A stretch of 64,000 nt of DNA from NCBI GenBank assembly GCA_973895155.1, contig OZ316896.1, positions 21,148,152 through 21,212,151 on the forward strand. Direction: 5' to 3'. The notes under the pieces were generated by a model. It saw only the letters and a list, made by a program, of their open reading frames with translations. It was not told the DNA's origin and ran no database searches. The translations under genes and the position numbers were made by a program. Position 1 is the stretch's first letter. Each line of letters opens with the position of its first letter. This stretch comes from Marsupella aquatica (taxonomy: Eukaryota; Plantae; Marchantiophyta). This document shows, in pieces, positions 10,663-23,500 of the stretch.

Positions 10663-13600
10663 ATGAGTAAATTTATGCGAGGGGATGAAGTTTCATTGAT
10701 AATTGATGGTTTTGAAGTGGCAATTGGGACCATCCAAAAGGTTGATCCCAAAGACACTATACACAATATTTGTCTTGGGAATAATCGAATTGGGGTCCTT
10801 ATCGAGAGGTGTCTTGAAACATCTTGTCCACTACCATTTCCATCCAAAACATCATCGAGCCTAGGTGATGCAGTTAACTCGTGTGTGATCTGGGATTCTT
10901 CCTTGGCATATTTGAGGTCTTCAACATTGCCGAAAAGAACTGTTGTGGATGGTGTTCCTACTCCAGTGGACGGGGATGAAGGATGTTCCGAAATGGACGT
11001 TGGTGGTAAAGGAGGCAACCTTGCTGAAGGAGAGGAGGTTGAGATGTTCATTTTAGATGAACTTGTATCAAAAGGAGTTGTCTTCAATACCAATCTAATG
11101 GACACTTGTCATAGTGAACGACTCGGTGTTGGCCGTGTCAGTATACAAATATCAGAGGTTGTTCAGGGAAATAGAAAATTACCGTATCCGCATCCTGGAG
11201 CTGACATAGTGCAAGAGGCAATGCAGACTTGGGTAATGTGGGATGTTGTTGATGTTTCAAGAAAAGGCTCTATTCGAGGTTCTGGCATGTTTGTTGGTGC
11301 AAACCCGGGTGCAAACCTGTTTAAGGATCTTCCATTGAAAGATTTTACAATGTGTTCCAACTGGATGGCAGAGGAAGTTGACTTGTATGATGTTTCTCGT
11401 TGTCGTAAGGTTGTGACAGGGGTTATCACAGTTCCTTTTGAAGCAGGTGCTGTTGATGATGAACTTCTTGGTCCAGAGCATGTGGGTGTAGCTATTGTGA
11501 ACGATCCCGCATTATTTCCAAATATCCGTGCTGGTACTTCGGGTTTGGTGAGGTGGGAAATCAAATCTTTGTTGTTGATTTCATCTCAAATGTTTCTTGG
11601 GGATATCCTTGAGAAAGGTTCACATGTGTGGATAGAATCAGGTTGAAATGAGAGCGACCCGGATTTGGATGGTGATGGGAAACCTCCAAAAAGACCATAT
11701 AATTTCATTAGAAGGACCAAAGTGGATCTGGAGGAGAAAAAAAAACATTTGCAATCAAGGGCGCTTTTGAAAATCACCGAGGAGTCCATTGATTCCATCC
11801 AAAGAGCTCGGGGGTCTCACTATATGGGGACCTCCCCATCGCCTGCGACGTTTTTAGGCCTCGGACCCCCTAAAATATAAGAATTTTTTAAAATTTTTTA
11901 ACCCCTATAAAGTTGGAATATTCTTGGAATATTCTAAAAATTGGATTAAAAAGACCCTAATGTTCTTATAAGTCTCAAAATTGAATTTAAAAGACCCTAT
12001 TGTTCTTCTACACAAATTCTTAAGTCTTCCCTTAGAACTAATAAAATGACCCTATCCTTCGTCGCACGTGATATGCCATTTTTGTGGAAATGAAACCCCC
12101 GAGCCAAAGAGAAGGTTGTTGCAGGTTAAAGTGTTGCTTGAACATGCCAAGAGAGGACTTCGAGGCAATGAGGAGGGAATTCCATGGAATGTCAAGTAAC
12201 AACAAAACAAGTCATATCTTCAGTCTTTTTGGGTGTAGAGAAGACCAAGTCAAGAGAAAAGGATTTTTTGTTCTAAAGGGACGTGTGGTTTTTAAGGATG
12301 CGTTCATAAAAATGCATGGGTTTAGTACGGCAAAGTATTATGATTACAAAAATCAATACGAAGCTGGGTGCACAATTGGTTTCCATGGAAATCAAGGGCA
12401 ACATAAGACATGATCAAGCACATTGCATGCTCGTGCATTGTTGGAGTCCATTTTAATCCAAAATGGAGAACCAATGCCACATCTTCCCTATGGTGGGTCC
12501 AACGGCACCGACACTGTCGAATATCGACTCCCATCATGTTTCACTAAGAAGGAGATTTTTCAAGAGGTATTTGCAAAGATGGAATTGGACTGCTACGCTA
12601 AGGTTACTGAAGTTACTATGTACAACATCTGGAAAAATTCTTTTGATAATTTTGACTTTCACAAGGGCAGTGCATTTGCCAAGTGCACATTTTGCACTGA
12701 GTTCAAAGATCAATTGATGCGGGAGAAGAGAAAAAAAGAGCGTGCAGAGATTGAAGAGAAAAGAGCACGACATCTTCATGAACAAATGTCAAGGAGATAT
12801 GTTTACTATGCTCATAGGGTTCTTGCAAAGAAGGATCCTCAAAACTATCTTTGCATTATTCATGATAAGATGGACCAAGCCAAGACTTGGATCCCCAGAT
12901 TGGTCCCCACTCCAAAATCTCTCTCTGGTAGTGGTCAACCTCTACCCATTGCCCTTACTGGGATGTTAACCCATGGAAGGGATCCAGGAGTGTATGCACA
13001 CTTTAGTTTGACTGGCCTTTGGCCTGGAGATGCAGACTTCACTGTGACATCTTTGGCCAAATGCCTTCGAGATTTGGAGGATTACACTGGAGACAAAATG
13101 GGAGACATGCTTGAAGCTTTCAATCGGAACGCAACTAGGCCAATATTTCAGTCTCTTTTGGACTTTGAAGCATTTCAAGCGGGTTACTTGGAACCCAAAA
13201 ATGTTTCAATTCTCAAGTTTCAAGGCCTTGATGACGGTCAGGAGAGCCAAAAAACCAGCACAACAGATGCTGGTTCTAGAGTTGATCCTGAGACTACGAG
13301 CTCTTTCAAGCCCTTACCAAGGCACCTAACACTGCAGATGGACAATTCAGGAAAAGATAATAAAAATCAATATGTGATGGCATTTTGCAGCGAGCTTGTT
13401 AGCAGGGGTGTTTGAAACTGTGCAAATGTCATTCCTCATGGTTGGCCACACCCATGAGGATGTGGATGCACTATTTTCTCAAGTATCCAAACAGGTCAGG
13501 TACAAAGAGGTTGCTACCCTCCTTGCGTTGATGGCTGAGGTTTGGGAGTGTGAAAGCATTCATCCCGTACCACGATTGATTTAGGAGGTTGCATCTTACA

Positions 13601-14670
13601 AGCAGTATTTGAAGGCTTTCCAAGTGAAAGAGATTGAAGGTCACTCAAAACCAGTGGCATTTCTATTCTCCATGAGGGATAATGTGCCAGTGTATCAATA
13701 TAAAGCACATGTCAAACAACCTTGGCTTCCAATCTCATCACAAACACGCTCATTTTACCGGAGGGCCAACCATTTGCAAAACCTATATCGGGGGAGGTAC
13801 AAAAGAAAGCCGAGGAAATCATCCCATTCCTTAAACGTTACATTGATTTCTTGAGGAAAAGTTGCAAGGATGAGACCTCTGCAGCATACCACGAGAGATT
13901 TCCTTTGGTGAAATATTGGGAGAGGCTTGTTATGGCACTCTCTGAGGTACTTACAATAGAAGGGGAGGGAGAAAGACAATTGTCATTGACAACTGATTTC
14001 TGGCCAAAGACTAACCATGGCACAGGTTACAAGGTGATTTTGGGGACCTCTCAACCTTCAAGTGAACCTACTCAAAATTCAGAGATGATGGACCTTCAAA
14101 ATGAGTACATGGAAGAGATGGAAGGTCAAGCTGCACCCTTTGTTGGTGCACGAGAAGAGCGAGAACTTGCACGTTGGATTCCCCTACAAGATATTCAAGA
14201 GGGTCACTTTGTGTTTTTACGTCCAGAGGATGAATGGGAGCAAAAAAATGGCAAAGGGCGTTTTCGGTTAGTTCGAGCTTTGGGTGGTGTGGATCCAAAC
14301 CATGAGGTTTCTTCACTAGATTTGCAAATTAGTGAAGGGTCTTCTTCAAGGTTTTCTAAGAGCATTCACCTAAGTAGCATTCCTAAGCGGTATGCTCCTA
14401 TGTTCCAAGTGCAATGGTGGAGGCCTAAACATGGTAAGCATGATGCAAAGGATGATGTTTGATACAAACGTTGCTTTCAGACCACTAAGACTTGGAAGCT
14501 AGATCTTGGGTTTAACACTATCACTCAAAGTTGGCAGTTTACAAATTCTGCAATGTATGGGTTAAGTCAGGTGCCAAAGAACAAAATATTATGGATAGAG
14601 GTTTGACAATTCCCAAAAATGTTTTGAAAACTCTCAAAATTTACATGGAAGGTATTGATGAGTAGAGTGA
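10663..14670 (+). pseudogene. Sola-like DDD transposase (DUF7869-type) with three N-terminal Tnp1/En-Spm-like repeats; disrupted by stops, frameshifts and a MITE
   Basis: Motifs GCC..KCC, HGNQG, CTFC, IIHDKMDQAK, TLQMDNSGKDNKNQYVMAF and FLMVGHTHEDVDALFS. The frame continues through TGA at 11644 and 12411 and across the MITE (IDSIQR|EGCC). Confidence 0.85.
11807..12103 (-). mobile_element. MITE family A copy 2, inserted in the Sola-like transposase
   Basis: Same TIR. Perfect 8-bp TSD CCAAAGAG at 11799-11806 and 12104-12111. Reverse orientation. Confidence 0.97.
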
Positions 14671-15251
14671 TAGAGTGGTCACAAGTGTCCACTATGTAAT
14701 GACTTGTAGTTAGGAGGGTCAAGTTAATTTCCATGCATTTGTCTAAAGTAAGTGAGAGAACAAGGCTTGCAATCAAATACTCTATGATCTCTCTTAGTTA
14801 TTGAATGGACTTTTTGATAATTATTGTTATTTTTGTCTTAGTACATATATTTCTAGAAAATGATGGCAGTTCTAAGTTACTTGGATGTCATCCTAGTTTG
14901 AATATAAGATATTTAACTTGTCTAGCATTTCATTGTTGCTTAGATAATGATCCTATCCAAGCTAGATGTTTTGAGTATAGATGCTATCCAAGCTTATGTG
15001 TTATTACACAAGTTCTATCTATTTTGAACCAAATGAACACTTTTTATCACCCAAATGTTTTTTAATATTATCCAAATTAATATTTTCTTTGCCCAAATGT
15101 CTATTTTTTTGCCCCAAATTTATAATTCATGATGCTTAAATTTTCATTTTTCATCCTTCAAATTTACAATTCTTATGCCTCAAAGTGTGTTTTTAAATGC
15201 CCAAATTTCCAAATCTTCTTTCTAATTCCACTTTTAATGAATATAGTGATC

Positions 15252-16214
15252 CTGGAGGACTTACAGCGCCACCACTTTGACAACATACCCGCCAAAGTAC
15301 AAGCACACCTTGATTGTCGGTTTGGCACTAGCTCAAATCCAAGTGGACCTGCTTTGGCTCCATCATCATTTGGCTTCATCTCTGGAGCTTCAACTACCAT
15401 GGCAGCTCCAGCGGCACCTACAGCCAACCTTCTCGAGCAAGGATAGGTGCAGATGCCACCCTGGGCCCCCTCAAGCCGCTCCCTACCACAGGTTGCACCA
15501 TCCACTCCCGCGTCCACTCGAGTGTGATCTGTGGTTAATGCGGTCAACCTAAGCTCAGAGGATGAGGAGGCTCCTCCCCTTGTACGCAACCCACCTGGTA
15601 CCCATCAACACGTGGTGGGTACCGCACCCTTGTCCTAGCAAGCCCAAACTTGGGAGGCAGCCACGATCACGGTTGCAACCCTGACACCAGTATTAACAAC
15701 GGTAGCAATACCATCTCCACCAGAGAGGGAAGAAGGAGAGTTGTCCCCCTCAGTCATCCCGAGAACCATTCTCGGGGTAAGAAGCGGAAGGAGCCAGCCT
15801 TAGTATTTGGGTTACCCATACGTAGCCACCGTCGCAGTGGCCAAATTGACCATGCATTGGATGGGGAAGAATGTCCACAAAAATATTCTCCACCCAAAGC
15901 ATGCATGTTACCTGAAGACCCAAGGGTTAGAGCACCTCTCCGCTCTTCCTTGGAACACTTGGAGGTACTACGGGCAGGACATGACAAAGTTTATCCAAAA
16001 CTTTGACGAGGCCCACCAGGTGACCCGTGCACACGGACGAGTGATATCCTTAAATGAGGCACGGTTAAAGATCATCTTTGGCTTACCCCAAGGAAAAGAT
16101 CGGGTAGAGTCACGAGCACCAAGACGCAAGGGAGCCAAGTACCATTCGTCTAGCTTCCTTCCCAAGGGACCAGTTGACAACGGCTTCCTCATGCGGACTT
16201 GTATCATCCTGGAG
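15252..16214 (+). pseudogene. Family X protein, middle part (plant-transposon/PMD-like domain), cut by the CACTA insertion
   Basis: VATVAVAKLTMHWMGKNVHKNILHPKH..LPWNT..IFGLP..VDNGFLMRTCIILE is nearly identical to ORF 34169-35104(-). Confidence 0.85.
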
Positions 16215-16234
16215 CACTACTACATATTTGCCAA

Positions 16235-16760
16235 TTTTGCGAAGGCGTTTTACAAGAGGAAGAAAGCTTTGCAAGATTAATCTCATCGCTAAACTTGCGA
16301 TACGATACCCATCGCACTTAGCGAATCTACACACATCGCAACACATAATTGCAAAACTTAGACCATCGCAACATTTTACGATACTTCAGGTATCGCAAAA
16401 CATTTCCGAAGCAATTATCATTGAACAAGTTAGCGATCTTTACCGCTTCGCAAATTCATTGAGATGCGCCGGAAAACTAAATGGTTGCGAATATTTAAGC
16501 ATCTCAAAATATTTTGCGAGTCTTATTGTCTCGCAAATGAGCGATGTTTGTGGAATATATGGCTAACTTGCGATAGTAATAGGCTCGCAAATCCTGTGCC
16601 TGTCTAGGGTCTCATTTTGTGAATGTTTTGGTTTCGCAACTTTGAGATGGTGGTATCTTCGGAAGTTTGCGATGAGGGGATGATGGCAATTAGGGAGCAG
16701 TTAAGTATCGCAAATGTAGCGATGAGTTTGCGGGTGTAGGGGTTTCGCAAGATGTTTTGC
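16235..16760. repeat. Left subterminal TCGCAA/TTGCGA motif cluster (candidate TnpA-binding sites)
   Basis: Many copies in both orientations, mirrored at 26570-27070. Confidence 0.75.
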
Positions 16761-16789
16761 AAAATATTATGAGCGCTTCAAAGAGGTGG

Positions 16790-17420
16790 AAAAGGAATGG
16801 GATTGGGGAGGGAGGGTAAAGGAGGGTGGATACATGTAATTTTTAGGGAGGGACAATGAAAAGGAGGAGGAAGGGAATGGGGCTAGGAGGGACAAGGAAC
16901 GGAGGGATCCAAGAGGGAGGATACAGGTTTAGGGGGCACAAGGAAATGAGGGAGGAGGAAGGGTATGTAGATATAGTTTTAGGGAGGGTTTGGATTTAGG
17001 GAGTGAAAATAAAAAGGAGGGAGTTTAGGGTTTAGAGAGGGACAAGGAAATGAGGGAGGGTATTGGTTTAGAGAGGGACAAGGAAATGAGGGAGGTTTAA
17101 GGGTATAGGTTTAGGAGGGAGGAGAGAAGCTAGGTTGTATAGGTAAGAGTGGGGGACAGGGGTGGAAAGTAAGGAAAGTATAGGGTTGAAATAGAAAGCC
17201 AGGGGTTGGGACAAGGAGAGGAAGGAGGAAGGAGGGTTTAATAAGAGGGACAGACAATGAAAGAAAGGAGGAGGGAGGTGGGTACAAGTAATAAGGAGAA
17301 CAGCTAGGGGGGGATTAGGAAAGCATGGAGGATAGAGGACTACAAGCAACATGAGTTTTCTTTGCATAAAGTCTACCAAAAGGTGTGATGAGTGTGGGGT
17401 AGGGATGGGAGATATAGAAA
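16790..17420 (+). repeat. Purine/G-rich low-complexity tract
   Basis: Repeated GGAGGGA, GGGACAAGGAAATGAGGGAGG and TTTAGGG motifs; very few C residues. Confidence 0.8.
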
Positions 17421-17569
17421 ACAACATTTGAAAATGATATACTTACAAAACATAAGTTTATTGATAATTGAGAAGCACATATTTCTCCATTCTACCGAGA
17501 AGAGAAATCTTCATATCATCAAATCTAACTATATATCCGTGTAGCTATATATCCACAAACACAGACCCC

Positions 17570-20500
17570 TCAAACTTGGTCCTCATCATCTTCAGGTTGG
17601 GACACAACCAGAATATCAGGCTTTTCCCCAACAATTGAACGAGACCGTGGCACATATGTGATGACAAGTGACCATTCCTCTGGGGTTGGGGGGTATGGAA
17701 TATAGAAAGATTGTTCCACATGACTTGGAAAAGTGAATGGCTCTGATGTTTGCCAATGAGATGGCTGGAAACTAGTGGCAGACGTCTTCAGTCGTGTAAA
17801 TCCACACTCATCTTGAACCACAGTAGGATTGTTACCTGCAAGGTTCACTTTGAACCACTTGCACTTGAAGACATACTCTTCAAACTTTGATTGTGCATCA
17901 TAAGATATCACTAGAATCTCTTCTACCTTTCCATAATGTGGCACAACATCTCGAATAATATTTGTGTCATGGCGACTGCTGCGGGAATCTTGAGAGAATT
18001 GTCCTTGAACTCCACAATCAAAGGTACGACCCCTCTTCTCATCAAGGGAAGAAATCCTAAAATCCATCAAACCATAAGGATATGTTACACAAAAATAGAC
18101 ACAAACATATTCCAATTAATTGAACACACCAAGAATCTGCCTCTTCAATATACGTGCTTGTATTACAAATGAATTAAATTAAACCAAGTGATTCAAATCA
18201 AAGGTTACTAAGGTAGATGGAGATCACCTGAAATGTCTTCCTTGTGTCCACATTGCTGTCCTTGTTGTAACCACTCTCAAGGGACCATGAACAATGGTAC
18301 GAACATCATCTGTGATAGCTGGAAAATGTAATACACTCTCTCCCCTGACCACCATGTCATCCACCTCAACTAACTTCTCCTTCATATAGTCAAGGTACTT
18401 TGGAAAAATCCTTGGTCTTGTGCTGTTACTTTTGGCATCCTCATAGAAATCCCTCCATTCTTCCATGATAGTGCTGTTACTCAACATGAATGTGGTCAGT
18501 TGTTTCACCTCCACTGGTGTCAACATGCGAGTTTTCCTAGCACCTTATAACAATCCTCTTCATCTTCCCTCTCCTCTACCCAAGTACGGGGAGAGGTACA
18601 ATCAATTGTGGCCAATATGTTACTACAATAGAACATACTCTCAGCTGCTAAGTATCCTGTAGCCATGCTTCCCTCAACCCGTGCACGGTTACGTACATAA
18701 CCTTTTAACACTGCCATGTATCGTTCTAGCCAATACATCCACCGACAATGCACAGGACCTGCAATGGCCACCTCATGAACAAGATGAACAAGTAAATGCA
18801 CTTGACAGTCAAAAAAGGAAGGAGGAAGGGCCTTCTCCAACTTGCATATCACCTCTACTGCCAAAACCTCCATCCCAGGGATCTCATCAGTATATATCTC
18901 CTTAGAGCATACCCATCTCAATAGTTTTCCCAATGACCAAAGGGCATCTTGCACTTCTTCACTTGCCAAACCTATTATGGCCACAGGCAATATGTGCTGT
19001 AATAACCTATGGTAGTCATGTGTCTTGAGATACCTTGGCCACTTATGATTGTCCTCCATCCCAAAGGCCTTTCGGAGATTGGCACCATAACCAGTAGGAA
19101 ACCGCATGTCTCCTATGCGATTATGAAACTCCCTTCTCTGGCCAATAGGAAGCACCCATGGAGCTGAAGGTCGATGCTCGATCCCTGTGATAGGATCACT
19201 TATGACCCACACGTCTGGATGCATCTCAAGATCCTCACAAGTCTCCCTGAAGTTAGTGTCTTTCTCTCCATAGAAAGCCTTTATCAAAGCCTTTCCCACA
19301 TGTCCCTCAATGTGCATGGGGTCTAATAGATGGCGGATCTTCAACTCACCCCAATAGGGCAAAGTGGTTAATATACTCCACCTTGTCAAGCCACTACCGT
19401 CAAATTGCATGGGATCCTCTGGGTCTGCCACTCTTGCAGCCATGTCTTTCCAGTGTGTAAAAGTTGTTGGCTCAGGTACATCACGCTCGTCACCAAAGGG
19501 CATATCAATAGAGGAAAATAGTAGTGGGTCACGCCTCATCTGATGTCCCATTGGAAGAAACTTTGTATGCCCAAGATAAACAATCTTGCGAAGATGTGAT
19601 GAATACTTGGCTACATCACCAAGGCTTGGGCCACAAGTGGAGCAAGCCTTGTAGCCTTGGGTTTGCAACCCACTCACAAAGCCAAATCCTGGTCATATAA
19701 ACACACATTATGTTAGGATTAGCACATGGAAATGAGGGGATACCATGCATTAGAATATGATGCATTTAAACAACAAAGTTCTTACCTGGGTAGTCATGCA
19801 TGGTCCACATACAAACCCCTTTGAGTTTGAAAACCCGTGGGGTACCCCCTGTAGTCTTTCGACCATCATATGCCCATACTCCTTCCCATAATTTCTGGAG
19901 TTCGTGAACCAATAATGTCAAATAGGTGTCCATGTTCTTCACCTTCTTTGGCCCTGGGATAATCAAAGATAGCAACAAAAAACCCTTTTTCATGGAAAAC
20001 CATGGTGGAAGGTTGTAATTCATGAGAACCACAGGCCAGACCGATGTAGGTCTCCCCTTCCCTCCAAGTGAATGAGGGCTAACTCCATCTGATGCCAACC
20101 CCAGTCGCACATGCCGAGGGTCACGCTCAAAATCTGGCCATGTTGATTCCACATGTTTATGAGCAGGAGAGTCAACTGGTAATCGCATGACACCGGGCTC
20201 CGAATGATGTTTCTTGTGCCATACCATCAACTCGGCCAAGTCAGAACATCTATACATGTGCAACAAGCGAGGAATTATGGGGAACCAACGAACTGCTTTC
20301 CTTGGTACCTTCTGGGTTAGCATGTTTGGCTCATACCGTGGCTCATGACACACTGTGCATTCTGTGATATGGGCTGTATCCCCGTGAAATAACATGCAAT
20401 CATTCACACAAGCATGAATAATATGGTAATCCATACCAATGGATGAGAGAACCTTCTTTGCATCCTTCCAGGTCCCTGGCAACACATTCTCCAAGGGTAA

Positions 20501-20962
20501 CATCAAGTCATGACAATATTCAAATATATCTGATAACATAGAATTGCTTGTCTTGTGTTTGGCTTGAATGTTCAAGAGCCCCAATATGGCAGAAAGATGG
20601 CTCAACCGAGCACCCTCAAAAATAGGTGTTCGAGCATGTTCCTCTGCCTCTTTCCATTGTTGTTGTCCCTCTGGAGTATGTTGTGGCCGTGGGTCATTTG
20701 AAGGGCCAACCTCATGACCAATGTGAGGCACATCATCCTCAACATCGGCACCAAACCAATCAACCATGAAGTCATCCATGGCTCTATCTTGATCATGCAT
20801 GACCTGGTCATCAGTCCGAGGTGCGGCTTCCTCATCAGCACCACCTACATCATTACTTGATGAGGAATCACCCTCTGATGGTTCTCCCTCTTCTGGCATA
20901 CCCATCTCCCGATATGTTGCTCTCAACCTTCGTGGTAACATTTGTTGAGATGGTTGCGCATT
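17570..20962 (-). pseudogene. CACTA TnpD transposase (Transposase_21 + DUF4218 + DUF4216-like), multi-exon, one frameshift near 18550
   Basis: Motifs IHACVNDCMLF, DPRHVRLGLASDGVSP, WPVVLMNYNLPPW, IPGPK, WTMHDYPG, LDPMHIEGHV, LKTHDYH, LPPSFFD..VHLLVHL, GPVHCRWMYWLERY and FKCKWF. Introns at about 19689-19785 and 18058-18227. Confidence 0.95.
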
Positions 20963-21173
20963 CTATGCACATTACAACCAAAAAACCTCCTCATGTATAT
21001 TTGACCAAGTACAACAAATTAAAATAGACTTAACACCATTCATTCAAGACATTAAGAATTAAAGTAAATGCATGGGCTAAAACCTTATTACTCCAAAATG
21101 AGCCCAAAGGCCATATATATAATAGTAAATGGGAAGTCCAAAATAGGTGCAAAAGGATAAAGGACATGATTTC

Positions 21174-22006
21174 CTAATCCCACTCATAGTGTGTGAATAA
21201 CTCATCTCCTGCTCTAATGGTCCTAGTAGCAAGAACTAAACAATGGTCCTTATGATATGTCGTGCCATATGGTGCCGGCATTGGACCATCAGTAAAAACC
21301 CACTCACAATTGGCCCTACGCTTGGGCCGAGTCCCCACAGTACTATTTATGAAACCAGCAATATTCCCATTACGTATGGGATCACCATCTATCACCCGCT
21401 GCTCACTATACCTTCTAGTGCTACCATCAAAATTATCCATCTCTAGAGCATATGTTTTCCACTCAGGATGTTGTGCAAGGATCATGTTCCAATGTCTTCT
21501 CTTGTAGATGGGTCCACCGTATGGGAACAAAGTAGGACCCTCTCTACCACGAACACTTGACCCACCCTCCTCATCCATGATGATATCCTCACAAGCAAAT
21601 ACTCCATATCCATGTCTCTCTCCAAGTGTGGAAGTTTTCACAATCCAACGTCTACCCCAAACCACAATCTCCTCATCAAAATCTGTAAAATAAGGCAAGC
21701 CAAGAGTGATAGGTTCCCAATCCTTGATGATAGAGGCACACTTGCCAGTGAATGAACAAACACCCCACCTACCCTGAACTAGTGTTCTGGATGGGTCATT
21801 GGGTGCTCGTGGCCTCCTGTTGGATTGGGGCCTGGACCGGGGTCTTCGTGTCTCAGTGGGCACATGAGGGTGTTCCCCTTCTGTCCCATGATTGGTACTA
21901 ATTCCCAAACCCAAGGCTTGTGAAAGTGCATTGCCTATAGCATCTAAAACTCCTTGTGATGGGACATAGGGTGGTGGTGTCACCAATCTACACATACTGG
22001 ATCCCT
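21174..22006 (-). CDS. SET-domain protein exon (putative lysine methyltransferase) inside the CACTA element; open frame
   Basis: SET motifs in the correct order: STLGERHGYGVFACEDI, PYGG, IDGDP..GNIAGFINS and VLATRTIRAGDELFTHY. Acceptor GAATAG|GGATCC at about 22007. Confidence 0.9.
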
Positions 22007-22115
22007 ATTCCATGCAAACACCCACAAACAACCAAATGTGTAAACCATATGTGTAAACATTGATTCACCTCTAAAAATAACAGTAAAGAACGGCAATCAA
22101 TTGAAACAAACTTAC

Positions 22116-22373
22116 CATATGGGATGAAGAAGCCCCGGGAGTAAGACCTCTATGACGTCCATATCTCTCAATATGTTGAGCACACACATAAGATTTTTGA
22201 GAAATTTGGCCCACACATCTGGTGCAGTCACAAAGTCTTCGGGGTGGACCATGAGGACCAGTAACCTCGGGCTGAGGAGGAGGGGGTATATCGTCATCGG
22301 AGGAGTACTCACTACTGGATAGTTCAGAGGAAGAGGACATATCCACTGCCACATTACATTGCATGTAGGGCAT
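22116..22373 (-). CDS. First exon with a transposase-associated-like Zn motif (CDCTRC...V..HI.RYG)
   Basis: RLCDCTRCVGQISQKSYVCAQHIERYG resembles the N-terminal CxCxxC..HL..GF domain of CACTA transposases. Strong phase-0 donor CATATG|GTAAGT at 22115. Confidence 0.7.
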
Positions 22374-22476
22374 GATTAGGAAAACTTAGGCCATATATAA
22401 AGCAATTTTTAAAAAAATGAACTCAAAAAACAATTAGGTTGGTTTATACATGGGGTTTTATTACCCTTTTATATTT

Positions 22477-23500
22477 GTTAGCATGAAACCCAAATTAAGG
22501 TGAGTGTCATGCAAGAAGAAACCACATTATAACCTTTGGGAAAATTGTAATACCCTATGTCCTAAGTGAGGTTAGATTATTACCTGAATGAGACCCGGGC
22601 TCAACAGTGCCTATAGGTCACGTGGCTTTTGGAACATTTGCCAAATCTAGAAGTAGGAGGAAAATACTGGAAACAAAATGTAAGTTTGGATGGTAATTAG
22701 CAGCCGTCAAGTTGTGGAATCTTAGACATTTACCCACATATATCATGGCACAACAAAGAAGGGCAAGCATAAAAATCTGTACTAACAACATTGACTGTAT
22801 ACATGATGTTATACCTTTTAGATGCCCGGGTTCCCACAATGCATATGCATTAGACAAAAGTTGAGGTAGTAGTGTTGGCCCTGCGTTGTATCATGATTAC
22901 ATGGGTTTTCCCCTCAATTGTTAGCATAAAACCCTAAACCCTAAACCCTTATCCCCCCTCGAGTGAAAGGTGAGTGTCATGCAATAAAAACCCACCCTAG
23001 ACCCCTAGGAAAACTCTAAAGGCCTAAGCCCAGAATGAAGTTGGACAATAATTACCTGAATGAGATCCGGACTCAATAGTGCCTGTAGGTCGTGTGGCTC
23101 ATTGAACATGAGCTGAATCTAGAAGCACGAGGAAAATACTGGAAACCAAAAAGTAAGTTTGGATAGCCATTAGCTTCTCTCAAGTTGTAGACCCCCAAAC
23201 ATGTGCATATAGATATTCTTGCACAACAAAGAAGGGCAAGGTTTATGAACAATCTCTTTATCAAACCCTGCTAACATACATGTTTAAATATACCTTTTAG
23301 ATGTCCGGGTTCCCACAATGCATATGCATTAGACAAAAGTTGAGGAAGCAGTGATGGTCCTGCACTGGATCATGATTACATGGGATTTCCCTCAATTGTT
23401 AGCATAAAAACCAAAACCTCATCCCGCTTCAAGTGAAAGGTGAGTGTCATGCAATAAAAACCCACCATAGACCCTTGGGAACTCTAAAAGCGTAAGCCAA
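22477..23500. repeat. ~450-480-bp tandem duplication (about 2.2 copies) in the CACTA intergenic region
   Basis: GTTAGCAT(G/A)AAACC...AGGTGAGTGTCATGCAA recurs at about 22477, 22920 and 23398. CCGGGTTCCCACAATGCATATGCATTAGACAAAAGTTGAGG occurs at about 22826 and 23305. Confidence 0.9.

Larger units (their letters stand above)
2651..15247. mobile_element. Sola-like (DUF7869-type transposase) DNA transposon, ~12.6 kb, with divergent transposase and cargo genes
   Basis: Imperfect ~30-bp TIRs: ATAGTATTCATTAAAACAGGAAATTTAAAAG versus reverse complement ACTATATTCATTAAAAGTGGAATTAGAAAG. Flanked by GATC at 2647-2650 and 15248-15251. The flanks rejoin family X sequence (..LPDKVFEI / LEDLQRHHFD.., with a 1-bp frame discrepancy). 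Confidence 0.8.

Noticed and set aside
22929-22949. Telomere or interstitial telomeric repeat (AAACCCT x3)
   Set aside because: Only about three units inside a CACTA element; at most a telo-box-like motif.
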